Shown: positions 1 to 8,580, counted from the first letter of the stretch. The stretch is 64,000 nt of DNA from an uncultured virus (IMG/VR IMGVR_UViG_3300046517_000932) (IMGVR_UViG_3300046517_000932), one strand, 5' to 3'. Notes: generated by a model not told the origin, from the letters alone. A program made the numbers and translations.

Positions 1-1002
1 CGCGATCGTCGGAGACAGGAACTGGGGGAAGTGAATCGAGCGGATCCGCAGCGGCCGCTCTTTCTTCTCGACGCTGTAGTCGATCGGCTTGTCCGCCGCT
101 GGGTTATCCGCGATCCACTCGCCGACCTGGGTGTCGGTGATCCAGTGACCATTGCGGCACACGTACCGATATCGGTCCTTTTCCGCGTCCCACTTGATGC
201 ACTTCGGCCAATACGAGTCGAGCGGCGCGCGATCGGCGCACACGGGGCATTCGGTATGGAACTGGTATTGAGACCCGCGCTTGTACCAGTAGTGGATATC
301 GGCATCCGGCCAATTCGCCGTCGAGCCCATCAGCGTAAAACGCACCGGCGACGCGGAAAGACGCTCGATCGTCTTTTCCATCTGCTCGAGCGTCATCTCC
401 TGCACTTCATCAAACGACAAAATGTCCATCGGGACAGATTCCGTCGTCGCGCGGCCGGACGTCCACGAAAAGATGAACAGCGCCTCAGCGATCCGGCGCC
501 GGTTGACGTTACCCTCGCCCGTCTTGCGGCCGGATCCGTCCGGCGCGTCCTGCGTCATCAGCTCGTGCACGGACGGCACCGAGCGCACGATCGGCATGAA
601 CCGCTCTGTCGACTTCAGGCCCGCCAGGTTCATGTCGGGCAGGAACATGCCGACGGTCGCCGGCCCGAACCGGATCCCGAGATAGATCGTCGCCAGCATC
701 TCCATCACGGTAAATCCGACCTGCGCGCACTTCATCAGCACCAGCACCAGACGATAGGCCTCGTCCTCCGTGCTGGGCACCTGGTCGTAGATCCAGGCCA
801 TCGCCGGCCGATCGTCGAGCTGGAATGGTTTGCCGTCGACCTTCAGGCCGTCGCGGCCGAGCTGCAGGCACCAGTCTTTGAACGTGACGCCCTCCGCGAT
901 CTTCGTCTTCTCGACGCGGAACCCGGTTTTCGCCTCGAGGCGCGCGATCAGACCCGCCAGCGTCGGGAGCTCGTCCCGCTTCATTCTCCGCGAGCGCGCC
1001 AT
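1..1002 (-). CDS. terL: Terminase large subunit, GpA-like (N-terminal part; runs off window start)
   Basis: Manual translation of the minus strand gives LVLMKCAQVGFT (Walker A variant), ILSFDEVQEM (Walker B), LMGSTANWP and a CPVC...C motif. Start is at 1002 (TGATG overlap with the upstream stop) or 984. Not listed in the ORF track because it is truncated. Confidence 0.9.
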   Translation of the reverse strand, partial: MARSRRMKRDELPTLAGLIARLEAKTGFRVEKTKIAEGVTFKDWCLQLGRDGLKVDGKPFQLDDRPAMAWIYDQVPSTEDEAYRLVLVLMKCAQVGFTVMEMLATIYLGIRFGPATVGMFLPDMNLAGLKSTERFMPIVRSVPSVHELMTQDAPDGSGRKTGEGNVNRRRIAEALFIFSWTSGRATTESVPMDILSFDEVQEMTLEQMEKTIERLSASPVRFTLMGSTANWPDADIHYWYKRGSQYQFHTECPVCADRAPLDSYWPKCIKWDAEKDRYRYVCRNGHWITDTQVGEWIADNPAADKPIDYSVEKKERPLRIRSIHFPQFLSPTIA

Positions 1003-1661
1003 CAGCCGATCCGCGCGTTCATGTTGAAGCCGTGCGTATCGTTCGTCGCGCGCATGCGCACCATGATCGCCTGCTGCACCTCCGGACTGACTTTGCCGAT
1101 CTCGTCGATCACCACGCGGAACAGATCCTCCATCTGCTCGAGCCCGAACAGGAACTCCTGCGACCGGATGTACGTGTCCATCATGTCGCGCTTCTTGCCG
1201 ACGACCTTGTCGAGCAGCATCGGATTGACGAGCTTCTGATTTCCGTGCTCGTCGACCTTCACCGCCGCCGAGCGCAGCAATGCGATGTCCGCCAGGATCT
1301 CGTAGAAGAACGCGATGAAATTGAACGTCTGCTGCACGGCGCCCGGCGGCAGCGCGGCGATGATCGCCGGCGACGGCGCGACAGGAAGTTGCGCCTTGAG
1401 CTTTTGCTCTGTCACTTCCGGCGACAGCTCGACGCTCGAGCGGATCCGCTTCTGTGCGAGCTGCAGCGCCAGCGTGCCGTGCTCAGACGCGACGTCCTCG
1501 AAAGCGTCTTTCGCTTCTTTGATCCAGCGGAAGAACGTCGCGCGGGAGACCTTCGGGAATTTGGCGAACAGATCGGCGTAGTTCGACGTGCCGTGAATGC
1601 TGAGATGCTCTGCGATCGCCCGCATCACTTCGGGCTTTTGGTCTTCTTTCGGGCGTGGCAT
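1002..1661 (-). CDS. terS: Probable terminase small subunit (N-terminal HTH)
   Basis: HTH-like segment FPKVSRATFFRWIK; directly upstream of and coupled to terL; preceded by a late-promoter motif. Confidence 0.7.
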   Translation of the reverse strand: MPRPKEDQKPEVMRAIAEHLSIHGTSNYADLFAKFPKVSRATFFRWIKEAKDAFEDVASEHGTLALQLAQKRIRSSVELSPEVTEQKLKAQLPVAPSPAIIAALPPGAVQQTFNFIAFFYEILADIALLRSAAVKVDEHGNQKLVNPMLLDKVVGKKRDMMDTYIRSQEFLFGLEQMEDLFRVVIDEIGKVSPEVQQAIMVRMRATNDTHGFNMNARIG

Positions 1662-1689
1662 GGATGATACTCAAGTTGCGTTGAGTCTC

Positions 1690-1705
1690 ATGTTGGTGTC
1701 ACGAC
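1690..1705 (-). promoter_or_regulatory. Putative late promoter GTCGTGAC-ACC-AACAT upstream of terS
   Basis: Matches the 12-copy motif; overlaps hairpin 1664-1691 that covers the terS translation initiation region. Confidence 0.75.
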
Positions 1706-1828
1706 TGAGACCGGGTATCAGCCCCTCAGTCTCACGGTGCGCCCTAGCGGCGCCCTATGCCGGCGCGGCCCGCGCGGAACCCTTTGCCTACTGGGTCCGC
1801 GCGCGTCACGCGTCACACTTCGAGTCTG

Positions 1829-1942
1829 TTAGCGGATCGCGGACGCGACGCACAGCGCGATCATCGACAAGAGTGCCGGCCATACCGAATCGAACGCCAG
1901 GGACGCGACGCCCGCCGCATTCAGGATGAAATACCAGACCAT
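1829..1942 (-). CDS. Small hydrophobic protein (MVWYFIL...)
   Basis: TGATG coupling to the upstream ORF; hydrophobic. Confidence 0.45.
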   Translation of the reverse strand: MVWYFILNAAGVASLAFDSVWPALLSMIALCVASAIR

Positions 1943-2064
1943 CAGCGCATCTTGCGCGGCGCATAGACCGCCCAGCCGGCGGCCGATCGATGCCCGCGCT
2001 CCTCGAGCGGACGCGGATCGTAGACGAGCGCGATCATGTGAAGCCAGAACAGAACCGGCAGCAT
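1942..2064 (-). CDS. Small hypothetical protein (MLPVLFW...)
   Basis: TGATG coupling on both sides. Confidence 0.4.
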   Translation of the reverse strand: MLPVLFWLHMIALVYDPRPLEERGHRSAAGWAVYAPRKMR

Positions 2065-2294
2065 CAGAACCCTCCGCCGAGCAGCGGCCCGCCGGACGGG
2101 AACGCCTTGACCAGGTCCGCCGGCGATACGCCAGCGTCCCAGCCCTCGAGCCAGTATTCGCGGCAGCGGCCGCCCGTGTACGGGCAGGACTCGCGGGAAT
2201 CGCCGTGCGCCTTGGCGACGTGCCCACGATTGCGCTCGAGCGCCGCAAGACGCGCCTCCGTTTCGGGCGTCGCGATCGATGCGACCGCCATCAT
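2064..2294 (-). CDS. Ribosome modulation factor (RMF)-like protein
   Basis: LERNRGHVAKAHGDSRESCPY...REYWLEGW follows the RMF pattern (RG..A...G.S.E.CPY.....R..WL.GW). Confidence 0.7.
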   Translation of the reverse strand: MMAVASIATPETEARLAALERNRGHVAKAHGDSRESCPYTGGRCREYWLEGWDAGVSPADLVKAFPSGGPLLGGGF

Positions 2295-2554
2295 GGCGCC
2301 ACCGATGCAGCGAGATCCTCCGCCGTGCCCATCGGCGGCAGCAGCGGCACATCGGCAGCGGCGCCGACGAACAGGCCGCCAGGCGTGCGCAGCGTGTTGC
2401 CGTCGACCTTGAAATCGACCGTCATGCCGGCACGGTTCGTCGGATGGATGTAGAACGTCACGCTATCGGTTGCGACCGACGCGCGCAGCGAAAAGTCGAT
2501 CGATCCATTGCACGCGAGCTCGTCGCGCAGGTACTGCTCGAGTGTTTGACTCAT
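2291..2554 (-). CDS. Hypothetical protein
   Basis: GGAG RBS; ATGA overlap with the next gene. Confidence 0.65.
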   Translation of the reverse strand: MSQTLEQYLRDELACNGSIDFSLRASVATDSVTFYIHPTNRAGMTVDFKVDGNTLRTPGGLFVGAAADVPLLPPMGTAEDLAASVAP

Positions 2555-2569
2555 ACCATCTCCAACGGG

Positions 2570-3097
2570 TTATGCGCCGCCCTCGCGAGCAGCGTCGAGA
2601 AAATCCTGAATGCCCTGATTCCAGGCGCCGTACTTGCGCACGACGGACGAGAACTCCTCGACGTCGTGCCCTTTGATCGCCCACACCGGCAGGCCGTCCT
2701 TGTCGAATTTCGGCGCGTCGTACTTGTCGACCGCCTGCACCGCGTGGCACATCTCGTGATAGACGAGGATCTCGCGCAGCAGCGGACTCGACTCTCGCCA
2801 GTAGTCGTAATCGAGAACGATCAGGAAGTCGGGGAAGTGCCCGAACAGGCGCTCAACCATCCACACGAAAAAGTCGCGCAGGCCGCCCGTGACCGTCGGC
2901 ATGTAGCAGGTGCCCAGGATCTGCCGGCCCTGCTTGATCTGCGGATTCGTGCGGAATAGCCACTCGATCGAGGCGTCTTCAAGGTGAGAATGTTCGGGAA
3001 GCTTCATCAGCCGCGCAGCGATGACGGCCGGATGGTCCGGATTGGATTCCGGCACGATGAACATGCCGGACAGATCGATCTGATCGTCGTCGCTCAT
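2570..3097 (-). CDS. Putative phage metallopeptidase
   Basis: HEMCH (HExxH) motif and downstream GHDVEEFSSVVRKYG; start at MSDDDQ. Confidence 0.85.
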   Translation of the reverse strand: MSDDDQIDLSGMFIVPESNPDHPAVIAARLMKLPEHSHLEDASIEWLFRTNPQIKQGRQILGTCYMPTVTGGLRDFFVWMVERLFGHFPDFLIVLDYDYWRESSPLLREILVYHEMCHAVQAVDKYDAPKFDKDGLPVWAIKGHDVEEFSSVVRKYGAWNQGIQDFLDAAREGGA

Positions 3098-3198
3098 CGG
3101 CACGCCATCCGCCCGAATTGGTAGAGCGCGCCGAGCACGAACGCGACGACGGCGGCCGCCTGGACCGCCGAGATCACCCACTCGAATAATTTGCGCAT
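3094..3198 (-). CDS. Small membrane peptide (MRKLFEW...)
   Basis: GGAGG RBS, one hydrophobic helix, first ORF after late promoter 3221-3236. Confidence 0.55.
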   Translation of the reverse strand: MRKLFEWVISAVQAAAVVAFVLGALYQFGRMACR

Positions 3199-3220
3199 GC
3201 CTGCACCTCCCAATGCAGGC

Positions 3221-3236
3221 ATTTTTCCGTCACGAC
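3221..3236 (-). promoter_or_regulatory. Putative late promoter GTCGTGAC-GGA-AAAAT
   Basis: Motif match; overlaps hairpin 3197-3222 that encloses GGAGG and includes the start codon. Confidence 0.7.
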
Positions 3237-3607
3237 CTGGCGACGTCCCAATCGGTTGCGGCAGCAGCCTCGAGATCCGCCAGGGAGGCGGACCGCAGCG
3301 AGACCATCGGCGCGGCCGCGTAGGCGTCACGCCATTGGCGCTTGAACTCGTCGACGTCGGCCGGCGGCACATTCACCAGGAACGGCGCAGCGTCACGCCG
3401 ATTACGCATGCCCTCGCGCACTTCCATCAGCCCGCGATACGGCCGGCCCATAGCGAAGCGCTCGAGGTGATCCAGCGCCGTGCAGACGTCCGGGAACTCC
3501 GCCATCCAGCGCCGCACCTGTTGCGTCTCGACCCGCCAGCGCTCGAGCTCCTCGAGATCCTCGTGCGCAACGGCCCAGGCGATCGCCCGCTTGAGCCAGC
3601 CGATCAC
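3230..3607 (-). CDS. Hypothetical protein
   Basis: Part of a coupled leftward gene string. Confidence 0.6.
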   Translation of the reverse strand: MIGWLKRAIAWAVAHEDLEELERWRVETQQVRRWMAEFPDVCTALDHLERFAMGRPYRGLMEVREGMRNRRDAAPFLVNVPPADVDEFKRQWRDAYAAAPMVSLRSASLADLEAAAATDWDVARS

Positions 3608-3900
3608 GCGCCCGCCTGCTTGGCTCGCAGCGCATCCAGCTCGCCGAGCGCGTCGCTCATGCGTTCGGCCGCTTGTGCGAGCGCGGCAGACAGCGCAACG
3701 CGCACTGCTCGAGATCCCTCCTCGACCTGGCGAAGGATCATCACCTCATCGGCCAGCGCCGGCGCGCGCACCGACCAGAACGACTCCGCCCGCTGCTGGG
3801 TTTCGTGCGCAGCGATCAGCTCGAGCACCAATCCGCGATCGATCTCGCCGTCGGTGCTTTCGGCCATCTCGCGCAGTTGGTTCAGTTTCGTAACGTCCAT
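3604..3900 (-). CDS. Hypothetical helical protein
   Basis: GAGGAG RBS; GTGA overlap. Confidence 0.6.
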   Translation of the reverse strand: MDVTKLNQLREMAESTDGEIDRGLVLELIAAHETQQRAESFWSVRAPALADEVMILRQVEEGSRAVRVALSAALAQAAERMSDALGELDALRAKQAGA

Positions 3901-3909
3901 CTCATCTCC

Positions 3910-4143
3910 TCAGGTGCGCAGGTGCGCGTAACGTTGCGCCGTATCACGGCAGACTTGAATGACTCCACTAGCGGTCGAACAAGCGGCATCGCGTGCCACC
4001 TTGAACGCCGCCGCGCGCACGATTCGCAGCAGGCGCCGCCGGCGGAACTTGGTGCGCGTGGGGATCGGCGACCGGCTCGCGACCTCGTACGACACAGAGA
4101 TCGTGTCGCCGGAGACCTTGACGACATTGGTGCGGTATTTCAT
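3910..4143 (-). CDS. Hypothetical basic protein
   Basis: Fills the gap in the coupled gene string; frame not certain. Confidence 0.4.
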   Translation of the reverse strand: MKYRTNVVKVSGDTISVSYEVASRSPIPTRTKFRRRRLLRIVRAAAFKVARDAACSTASGVIQVCRDTAQRYAHLRT

Positions 4144-4274
4144 GCGGCGCGCCGCACGACGTACACCTCGACCGGGCCGAGCTCGATCACGTGTTGCCCG
4201 CGCGGCGCGCGCCAGAACCCGAAGCTCCAGCAGCGCAGGCCGCACCAGACCAGTTTGAGCGTGCGGCCCTTCAT
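4140..4274 (-). CDS. Small hypothetical protein (MKGRTLKLVW...)
   Basis: ATGA overlaps at both ends; below the ORF-track length cutoff. Confidence 0.45.
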   Translation of the reverse strand: MKGRTLKLVWCGLRCWSFGFWRAPRGQHVIELGPVEVYVVRRAA

Positions 4275-4651
4275 GCCGGCACCGCCACGAGCATCTCGAC
4301 GCACCGCGCCTGCAGCGTCATGGCACCGTCGCGCTCGATCGTCACCACAGCGCCATTCCCCAAGACCTTGACCGGCGCCCCATTGGTGTAGATCTCGACC
4401 GGCGCCGGCGCCGCGCGCAGCCGCTCAACTTCCATCTTCAGCGCACCCTGGCCGATCTGGAGAATCTGGATCTCGAACGCCAGGCGATCACGTTCAGCCG
4501 CGACGCGCGCGCGTTCCTGCTCCAGCTCGTCGATCTCGCGCAGCGCATCCACTACCAAACCAAGGTCAAACGTCACGGTCATCACGCCGCGCGGCACGGC
4601 CGTCTTGATGTCCTTCAGTCCGTGGCCCAGCTCGTTGATTGCCTTACCCAT
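4271..4651 (-). CDS. Hypothetical coiled-coil protein
   Basis: AAGGGAG RBS before MGKAINEL. Confidence 0.6.
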   Translation of the reverse strand: MGKAINELGHGLKDIKTAVPRGVMTVTFDLGLVVDALREIDELEQERARVAAERDRLAFEIQILQIGQGALKMEVERLRAAPAPVEIYTNGAPVKVLGNGAVVTIERDGAMTLQARCVEMLVAVPA

Positions 4652-4761
4652 CTGAAAATCTCCCTTACATGCGCCCGAGTAGCGCCCGGCGACGGCGTGA
4701 AACCCTTGGAACCCGCGCCACGTATGGGCGCGCGGGGGATATTGAACACATCTACTGTCTG

Positions 4762-4923
4762 TTAGCGCTTTGCGCAGATCCAGAACCGAGTGAGGCAGGC
4801 CCCGAGCCAAACGCCATTGCAGAACGTCGACGCCGGATAACTCCACCGGCCGAGCAGCACGATCGCGCCGGATAGCGCCAGGTACGGCAGCACCGCCCGC
4901 GCAAAGCCGAGAGCGCGCCTCAC
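4762..4923 (-). CDS. Small membrane protein
   Basis: Two hydrophobic stretches; GTGA overlap. Confidence 0.4.
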   Translation of the reverse strand: MRRALGFARAVLPYLALSGAIVLLGRWSYPASTFCNGVWLGACLTRFWICAKR

Positions 4924-5198
4924 GCGGCACCGTCGACCCAGCGCCACACCGGCGAGCGCCGACGATCGGCGATCTCGATCCGGCCGGCTTTTCGCTCACG
5001 CTGAACCAGGCGATCGGCCGCGCGAAAGGCGATGATCGAGCGACCGACAGTCGCGCCGGCCGCTATCAGCTCGCCACAGGCCGGCAGGCGGAGATCTAGA
5101 AAGCCCGTCAGACTCCACACCGCGAACGGCGCGCCCCTCATCCAGGCGATCGCCGACGCCTCGAGCTCCGCCGGAATCTCGTAGCCGTGCACCTTCAC
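4920..5198 (-). CDS. Hypothetical protein
   Basis: GTG start overlapping the upstream stop; GGAGG RBS. Confidence 0.6.
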   Translation of the reverse strand: MKVHGYEIPAELEASAIAWMRGAPFAVWSLTGFLDLRLPACGELIAAGATVGRSIIAFRAADRLVQRERKAGRIEIADRRRSPVWRWVDGAA

Positions 5199-5605
5199 GC
5201 CTGCACCTCCGACACCCGCGCGACGCCCGCAGCCGCTTTCGCATCCTGGCGAGCACGGAAGTGCGCCGGATCCTTGCTCAGCACGCGCAACACCTCGCGA
5301 CGCTCCTCGAGCTCCGCAGAGACGCCGAAGACATCCGCCAGCGCCAGCAGCGTGACACCCACTCCGCCGACTTCCTGCGCAACCTCGCCGACGGGTTTCG
5401 AATAGACATGGCGCGCGATATCCGCCACGCGATCAGCCGGCAACCCGCACGCCTGCACGAGCTCGATTGCCTCCTCGATCAGCCGCGCCGCGCGCTCGAG
5501 CGGATCAGTCGCGACCGCGTCGCCGAACGTGCGCGAGCACCAGTCGATCACTTGCGTTTGCCGGAGGTGCCGGCTAAACGTCGCCTCAGTTACGCCGGCT
5601 CGCAT
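5195..5605 (-). CDS. MazG-like NTP pyrophosphohydrolase fold protein
   Basis: W...TFG, RLIEEAIEL and QEVGGV helical EExxE...ExxD-like pattern; start at MRAGVTE with GGAGG RBS. Confidence 0.6.
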   Translation of the reverse strand: MRAGVTEATFSRHLRQTQVIDWCSRTFGDAVATDPLERAARLIEEAIELVQACGLPADRVADIARHVYSKPVGEVAQEVGGVGVTLLALADVFGVSAELEERREVLRVLSKDPAHFRARQDAKAAAGVARVSEVQA

Positions 5606-5892
5606 GCGACCTCCCGAGCCTCGACGTCGACGACCAGCGGCGCGTGCAGGCGTTTGTAGCCTTCCGTGAATGCCTTTGCCGGACTGAACGACTTGTAGCC
5701 GTCCGGATAGACGACGTAATAGCCGCCGACCTGCGGACGGTGCCGCTCGACGTACTCGCGATCGACCTCGATCGGTGCGTAGCCTTCTTCGGCCGGCGTG
5801 ATCGTCAGCGTGTCGACGTTGAATTCCGCGATCTTCAGAGCCCACACCTGTTTGTGGCTCACGTAGCGCGGCATCTCGATCATTCCCTGCAT
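5590..5892 (-). CDS. Conserved phage protein with GYYVVYPDGYKSFSP..F..GY motif
   Basis: Recognisable phage motif; AAGGGG RBS. Confidence 0.75.
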   Translation of the reverse strand: MQGMIEMPRYVSHKQVWALKIAEFNVDTLTITPAEEGYAPIEVDREYVERHRPQVGGYYVVYPDGYKSFSPAKAFTEGYKRLHAPLVVDVEAREVACEPA

Positions 5893-5939
5893 TGATTTCC
5901 CCTTGTAAGGCTTTAGTAGTACTACGCGCCAGGCGCTAC

Positions 5940-5977
5940 AAAAAAGCGCGCGCCGGATGCGATCACGGCGCGCGCTT
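5940..5977 (-). terminator. Intrinsic terminator
   Basis: 12-bp stem AAGCGCGCGCCG/CGGCGCGCGCTT followed by a U-tract on the minus strand. Confidence 0.8.
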
Positions 5978-5982
5978 CATGC

Positions 5983-6198
5983 TCAGTCGACGACGTCGAC
6001 CTCGATAGCCTCGATATGCTCGACGGTGATCGCGCGGATGACGGCCGCCAGGTAGATCAACTTTGCTTCTTCTGCATCGGTAGCCTCGATCTCCAGGCCG
6101 GGAATCTCGTCGCAGATCGAGCAGTCGAACAGCTTCTTGCCCTTCGCCGGCGCCGGTGCCTTGCCGATAGGGAACGTGGGGTACATTGATGCGGTCAT
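5983..6198 (-). CDS. Small acidic hypothetical protein
   Basis: Plausible composition; followed by a terminator. Confidence 0.65.
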   Translation of the reverse strand: MTASMYPTFPIGKAPAPAKGKKLFDCSICDEIPGLEIEATDAEEAKLIYLAAVIRAITVEHIEAIEVDVVD

Positions 6199-6316
6199 TC
6201 TTGTTGCCTTGTTTTTGGTCTACTGCGCCCGACTTGCGCCCGGGCATTAGCGCTTGAACCCCGAAACGCCCGCCGGATAAGGCCCGGCAGGCTTGAAACA
6301 TCACATCTTGAATCTG

Positions 6317-6697
6317 TTACTTGACCGACTTGAGCCCCTTGTTCGGTCCGCGCGGCGCCTTGCTCGGTGCACGCGATGCCGTGCGCTGCGCCTTCTGCGT
6401 GGCAGCCAGCGCCTCAGCCTGTTGCGCCGCGATAGCCTGCTCGAGGTTCGCCACATTGCGGCCGATCGCCAGAACCTCGCCCGGCTCGTTCTGCTGCACC
6501 TTCAACGCCACGCGCGCCAGGTATTGCGCCTTGAGCTGCTCGAGCGCGCCGAACACGGCCGCGTAGCCGATCGCGTAATCTGCAGCGCAGGCGTCGATCG
6601 TTGCCGCGATGCGCGCCGTCAGATCCTCCGCCTGAATGAACGGCTTGCCGACGGAGTCGACCAACGTTTGCGTCTTCGTTTCTGCTTGTCCTTCCAT
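6317..6697 (-). CDS. Hypothetical protein
   Basis: AAGGAG RBS before MEGQAET; operator motif upstream at 6732-6747. Confidence 0.65.
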   Translation of the reverse strand: MEGQAETKTQTLVDSVGKPFIQAEDLTARIAATIDACAADYAIGYAAVFGALEQLKAQYLARVALKVQQNEPGEVLAIGRNVANLEQAIAAQQAEALAATQKAQRTASRAPSKAPRGPNKGLKSVK

Positions 6698-6778
6698 TAC
6701 CGCTCCTTGAGGAATCCTACGTGATGAAATTTGATCGAAAATGATCATACAGTATCTGGCAAACCCGCGCCAGCTATA

Positions 6779-7057
6779 TCACACAGCCTGCGCCTGCTCC
6801 GCGATGATCTCGCTCGGAAACTCGGGCGATCGCTCGCCGTTGATCGTGCAACGCACGCCCGCATCCTTCCCGCCCTTCAGCTTGATCCCGCAGCAGCAGA
6901 ACACCGTTTCATTCTTGCCGGCGCGCTCCGGGATCCCGCACTGCGCGCAGCGATAGACGCGGCGATGGTCGAACGTCTCGCGCATCAGCACGCGGCCGAA
7001 GCATCCCCGGCACACGTGATCGGTCAATTGCCAGAACGGTTTCGATTCGTCGCTCAT
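6779..7057 (-). CDS. Zinc-ribbon protein
   Basis: HVCRGCFGR, YRCAQCG and FCCCG motifs. Confidence 0.7.
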   Translation of the reverse strand: MSDESKPFWQLTDHVCRGCFGRVLMRETFDHRRVYRCAQCGIPERAGKNETVFCCCGIKLKGGKDAGVRCTINGERSPEFPSEIIAEQAQAV

Positions 7058-7581
7058 TACCAAAGCCTCAGTTGTGCCGGCGCGCCCCGCATCTCGCCAG
7101 AGAAGCCGAATCGGACCGTGTCCTTGCTGTCGCGAAGCGCCGAGATGATCAGCTCCTCAGTGTCGACCGACAACGGCCTGTAGAGCGATTTAGGGGCATT
7201 GCCGGACATGAATCGGATCTTGCGCGGCTCGAGCGGCGCCAACTTCACGGGCCTGGTGCCCTTGGCGTTCTTTCCGATCAGATATTCGCGCTCGCGGTTG
7301 TAGCAGCTCACACACAGATGCTTGCCGATCAGACGCGTCGCGCCGGTATGGCACCGGCCGCAGATCGTCATCCCTTTGAGCGGCGACATACTCGCGGCCG
7401 TTTCGCCTGCGTGAAGCGCGCCGAGCGGACAGACCTTGCAACGGAACCGCGCTTCGACGCCTTCGTGGTTTCCCGCGCGCCAGTTGCCGGCGCACGCATC
7501 GGTGCTGAGTGTGGCCTTGTAGCGGTCGCACGTGAAGTGCTTCACACCGGGCAGTTCAGCGAACTCGAAGTACTCAGCCAC
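7057..7581 (-). CDS. Cys-rich zinc-binding protein, possible regulator
   Basis: CKVC, CGRC and CVSC motifs; GTG start at 7581 with GAGG RBS. Confidence 0.7.
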   Translation of the reverse strand: MAEYFEFAELPGVKHFTCDRYKATLSTDACAGNWRAGNHEGVEARFRCKVCPLGALHAGETAASMSPLKGMTICGRCHTGATRLIGKHLCVSCYNREREYLIGKNAKGTRPVKLAPLEPRKIRFMSGNAPKSLYRPLSVDTEELIISALRDSKDTVRFGFSGEMRGAPAQLRLW

Positions 7582-7593
7582 CGCAACCTCAAT

Positions 7594-7641
7594 TAACCAA
7601 ATAAGAGTAAGCATTATCACGACTTTCAAACATCTAAGCAA
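7594..7641 (-). promoter_or_regulatory. Sigma70-like leftward promoter with adjacent operator
   Basis: TTGCTT-17 nt-GATAAT on the minus strand; operator TAACCAAATAAGAGTA at 7594-7609. Confidence 0.55.
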
Positions 7642-7857
7642 TAGCGCAAGGGGCTCTGACTAGAATTTGTTCAACGGGCACTTACCCGTGTTTTGAAGGA
7701 ACAGAACTATGCTCCTCCGCGTGTCGCTCAATCCCTCGATCTGATGCCATTTCCGCCCTCAGTTCTCACGCGATTCGGACAGCCCCGTCGCAACGACCCG
7801 AGCGATTGTTGCGGATTCAGCAATAGGGATTAGCCATTACCCCTGTCAACCGAAAGA

Positions 7858-8291
7858 GATACCAAAACCGGCCGCGATACCATGCCGATACCATCGATGG
7901 TATCCGCTGAAAACCAAGCCCAGTAAGGATTTCAGCCCCCTAGATACCAAGATACCTATATTTCCTAAGATAGATATATATATAGGGATGTTGGTTGTGT
8001 GATGTGTGATACATGATTGGGTAGTAGATATATATATATCTTTCCGGAAAAAATGGTATCTGCGGTATCTTGGTAACTTCTCAATCAAATCAATGACTTA
8101 CGCGATACCTGCCCGATACCGATGGTATCTGCACCCTCCTGGCCGATACCATCCAGATACCATCCGTGGTATCGGCTAGATCGTTGATTGCACAGGCTTT
8201 TTTCAAAGCCGATACCAAGATACCAAAATTCCGCGTGACAGCACCTGCATAGGAAATGAGGCAAAACAGGGGGAGGGGGTACCCCTCAGAC
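7858..8291. repeat. Origin-like element copy 1: direct and inverted GATACC hexamers around an AT-rich (TA)n core
   Basis: 11 GATACC and 5 GGTATC in about 370 bp; TATATA tracts; non-coding; lies between divergent operons. Confidence 0.75.
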
Positions 8292-8295
8292 ACCG

Positions 8296-8364
8296 TCCTC
8301 AAAAAAGATTATGCGCCCGCGCGAATAATTGATAGACTTCCGTCTAGATGCTCATTTTCGAGCA
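8296..8364 (+). promoter_or_regulatory. Operator pair upstream of the rightward early operon
   Basis: TCCTCAAAAAAGATTA (8296-8311) and TGCTCATTTTCGAGCA (8349-8364). Confidence 0.65.
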
Positions 8365-8381
8365 AACGACAGGAGTCTGTA

Positions 8382-8576
8382 ATGATCGAAAACCGCAAGA
8401 AGTACGACGCCTCGCTCGACATCTTCCGCGCAGCGTCCCGCACCTACCGCGCCGCAGCCGAGGCATACCGCGCCCGCACGATCGGCGACGACGAATTCCT
8501 CCTGGCCCGCAACGCGTTCAACGCTGCGCAGATCGCAGCAGACGCGGCCGAAGCCGACTACCTCGCATCGCTCTAA
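8382..8576 (+). CDS. Early hypothetical protein
   Basis: AGGAG RBS before MIENRKK. Confidence 0.65.
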   Translation: MIENRKKYDASLDIFRAASRTYRAAAEAYRARTIGDDEFLLARNAFNAAQIAADAAEADYLASL

Positions 8577-8580
8577 CGCG

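Noticed and set aside
31..1239. 402-aa plus-strand ORF
   Set aside because: Shadow of the truncated terminase gene on the minus strand.
7660..7850. Short ORFs and hairpins left of the origin-like element
   Set aside because: ORFs are under 30 aa without convincing support and the hairpins are weak; nothing supportable.
7858..8224. Possible CRISPR array or ncRNA in the GATACC region
   Set aside because: Repeats are only 6-8 bp, in mixed orientation and irregularly spaced; no cas genes; iteron-like instead.
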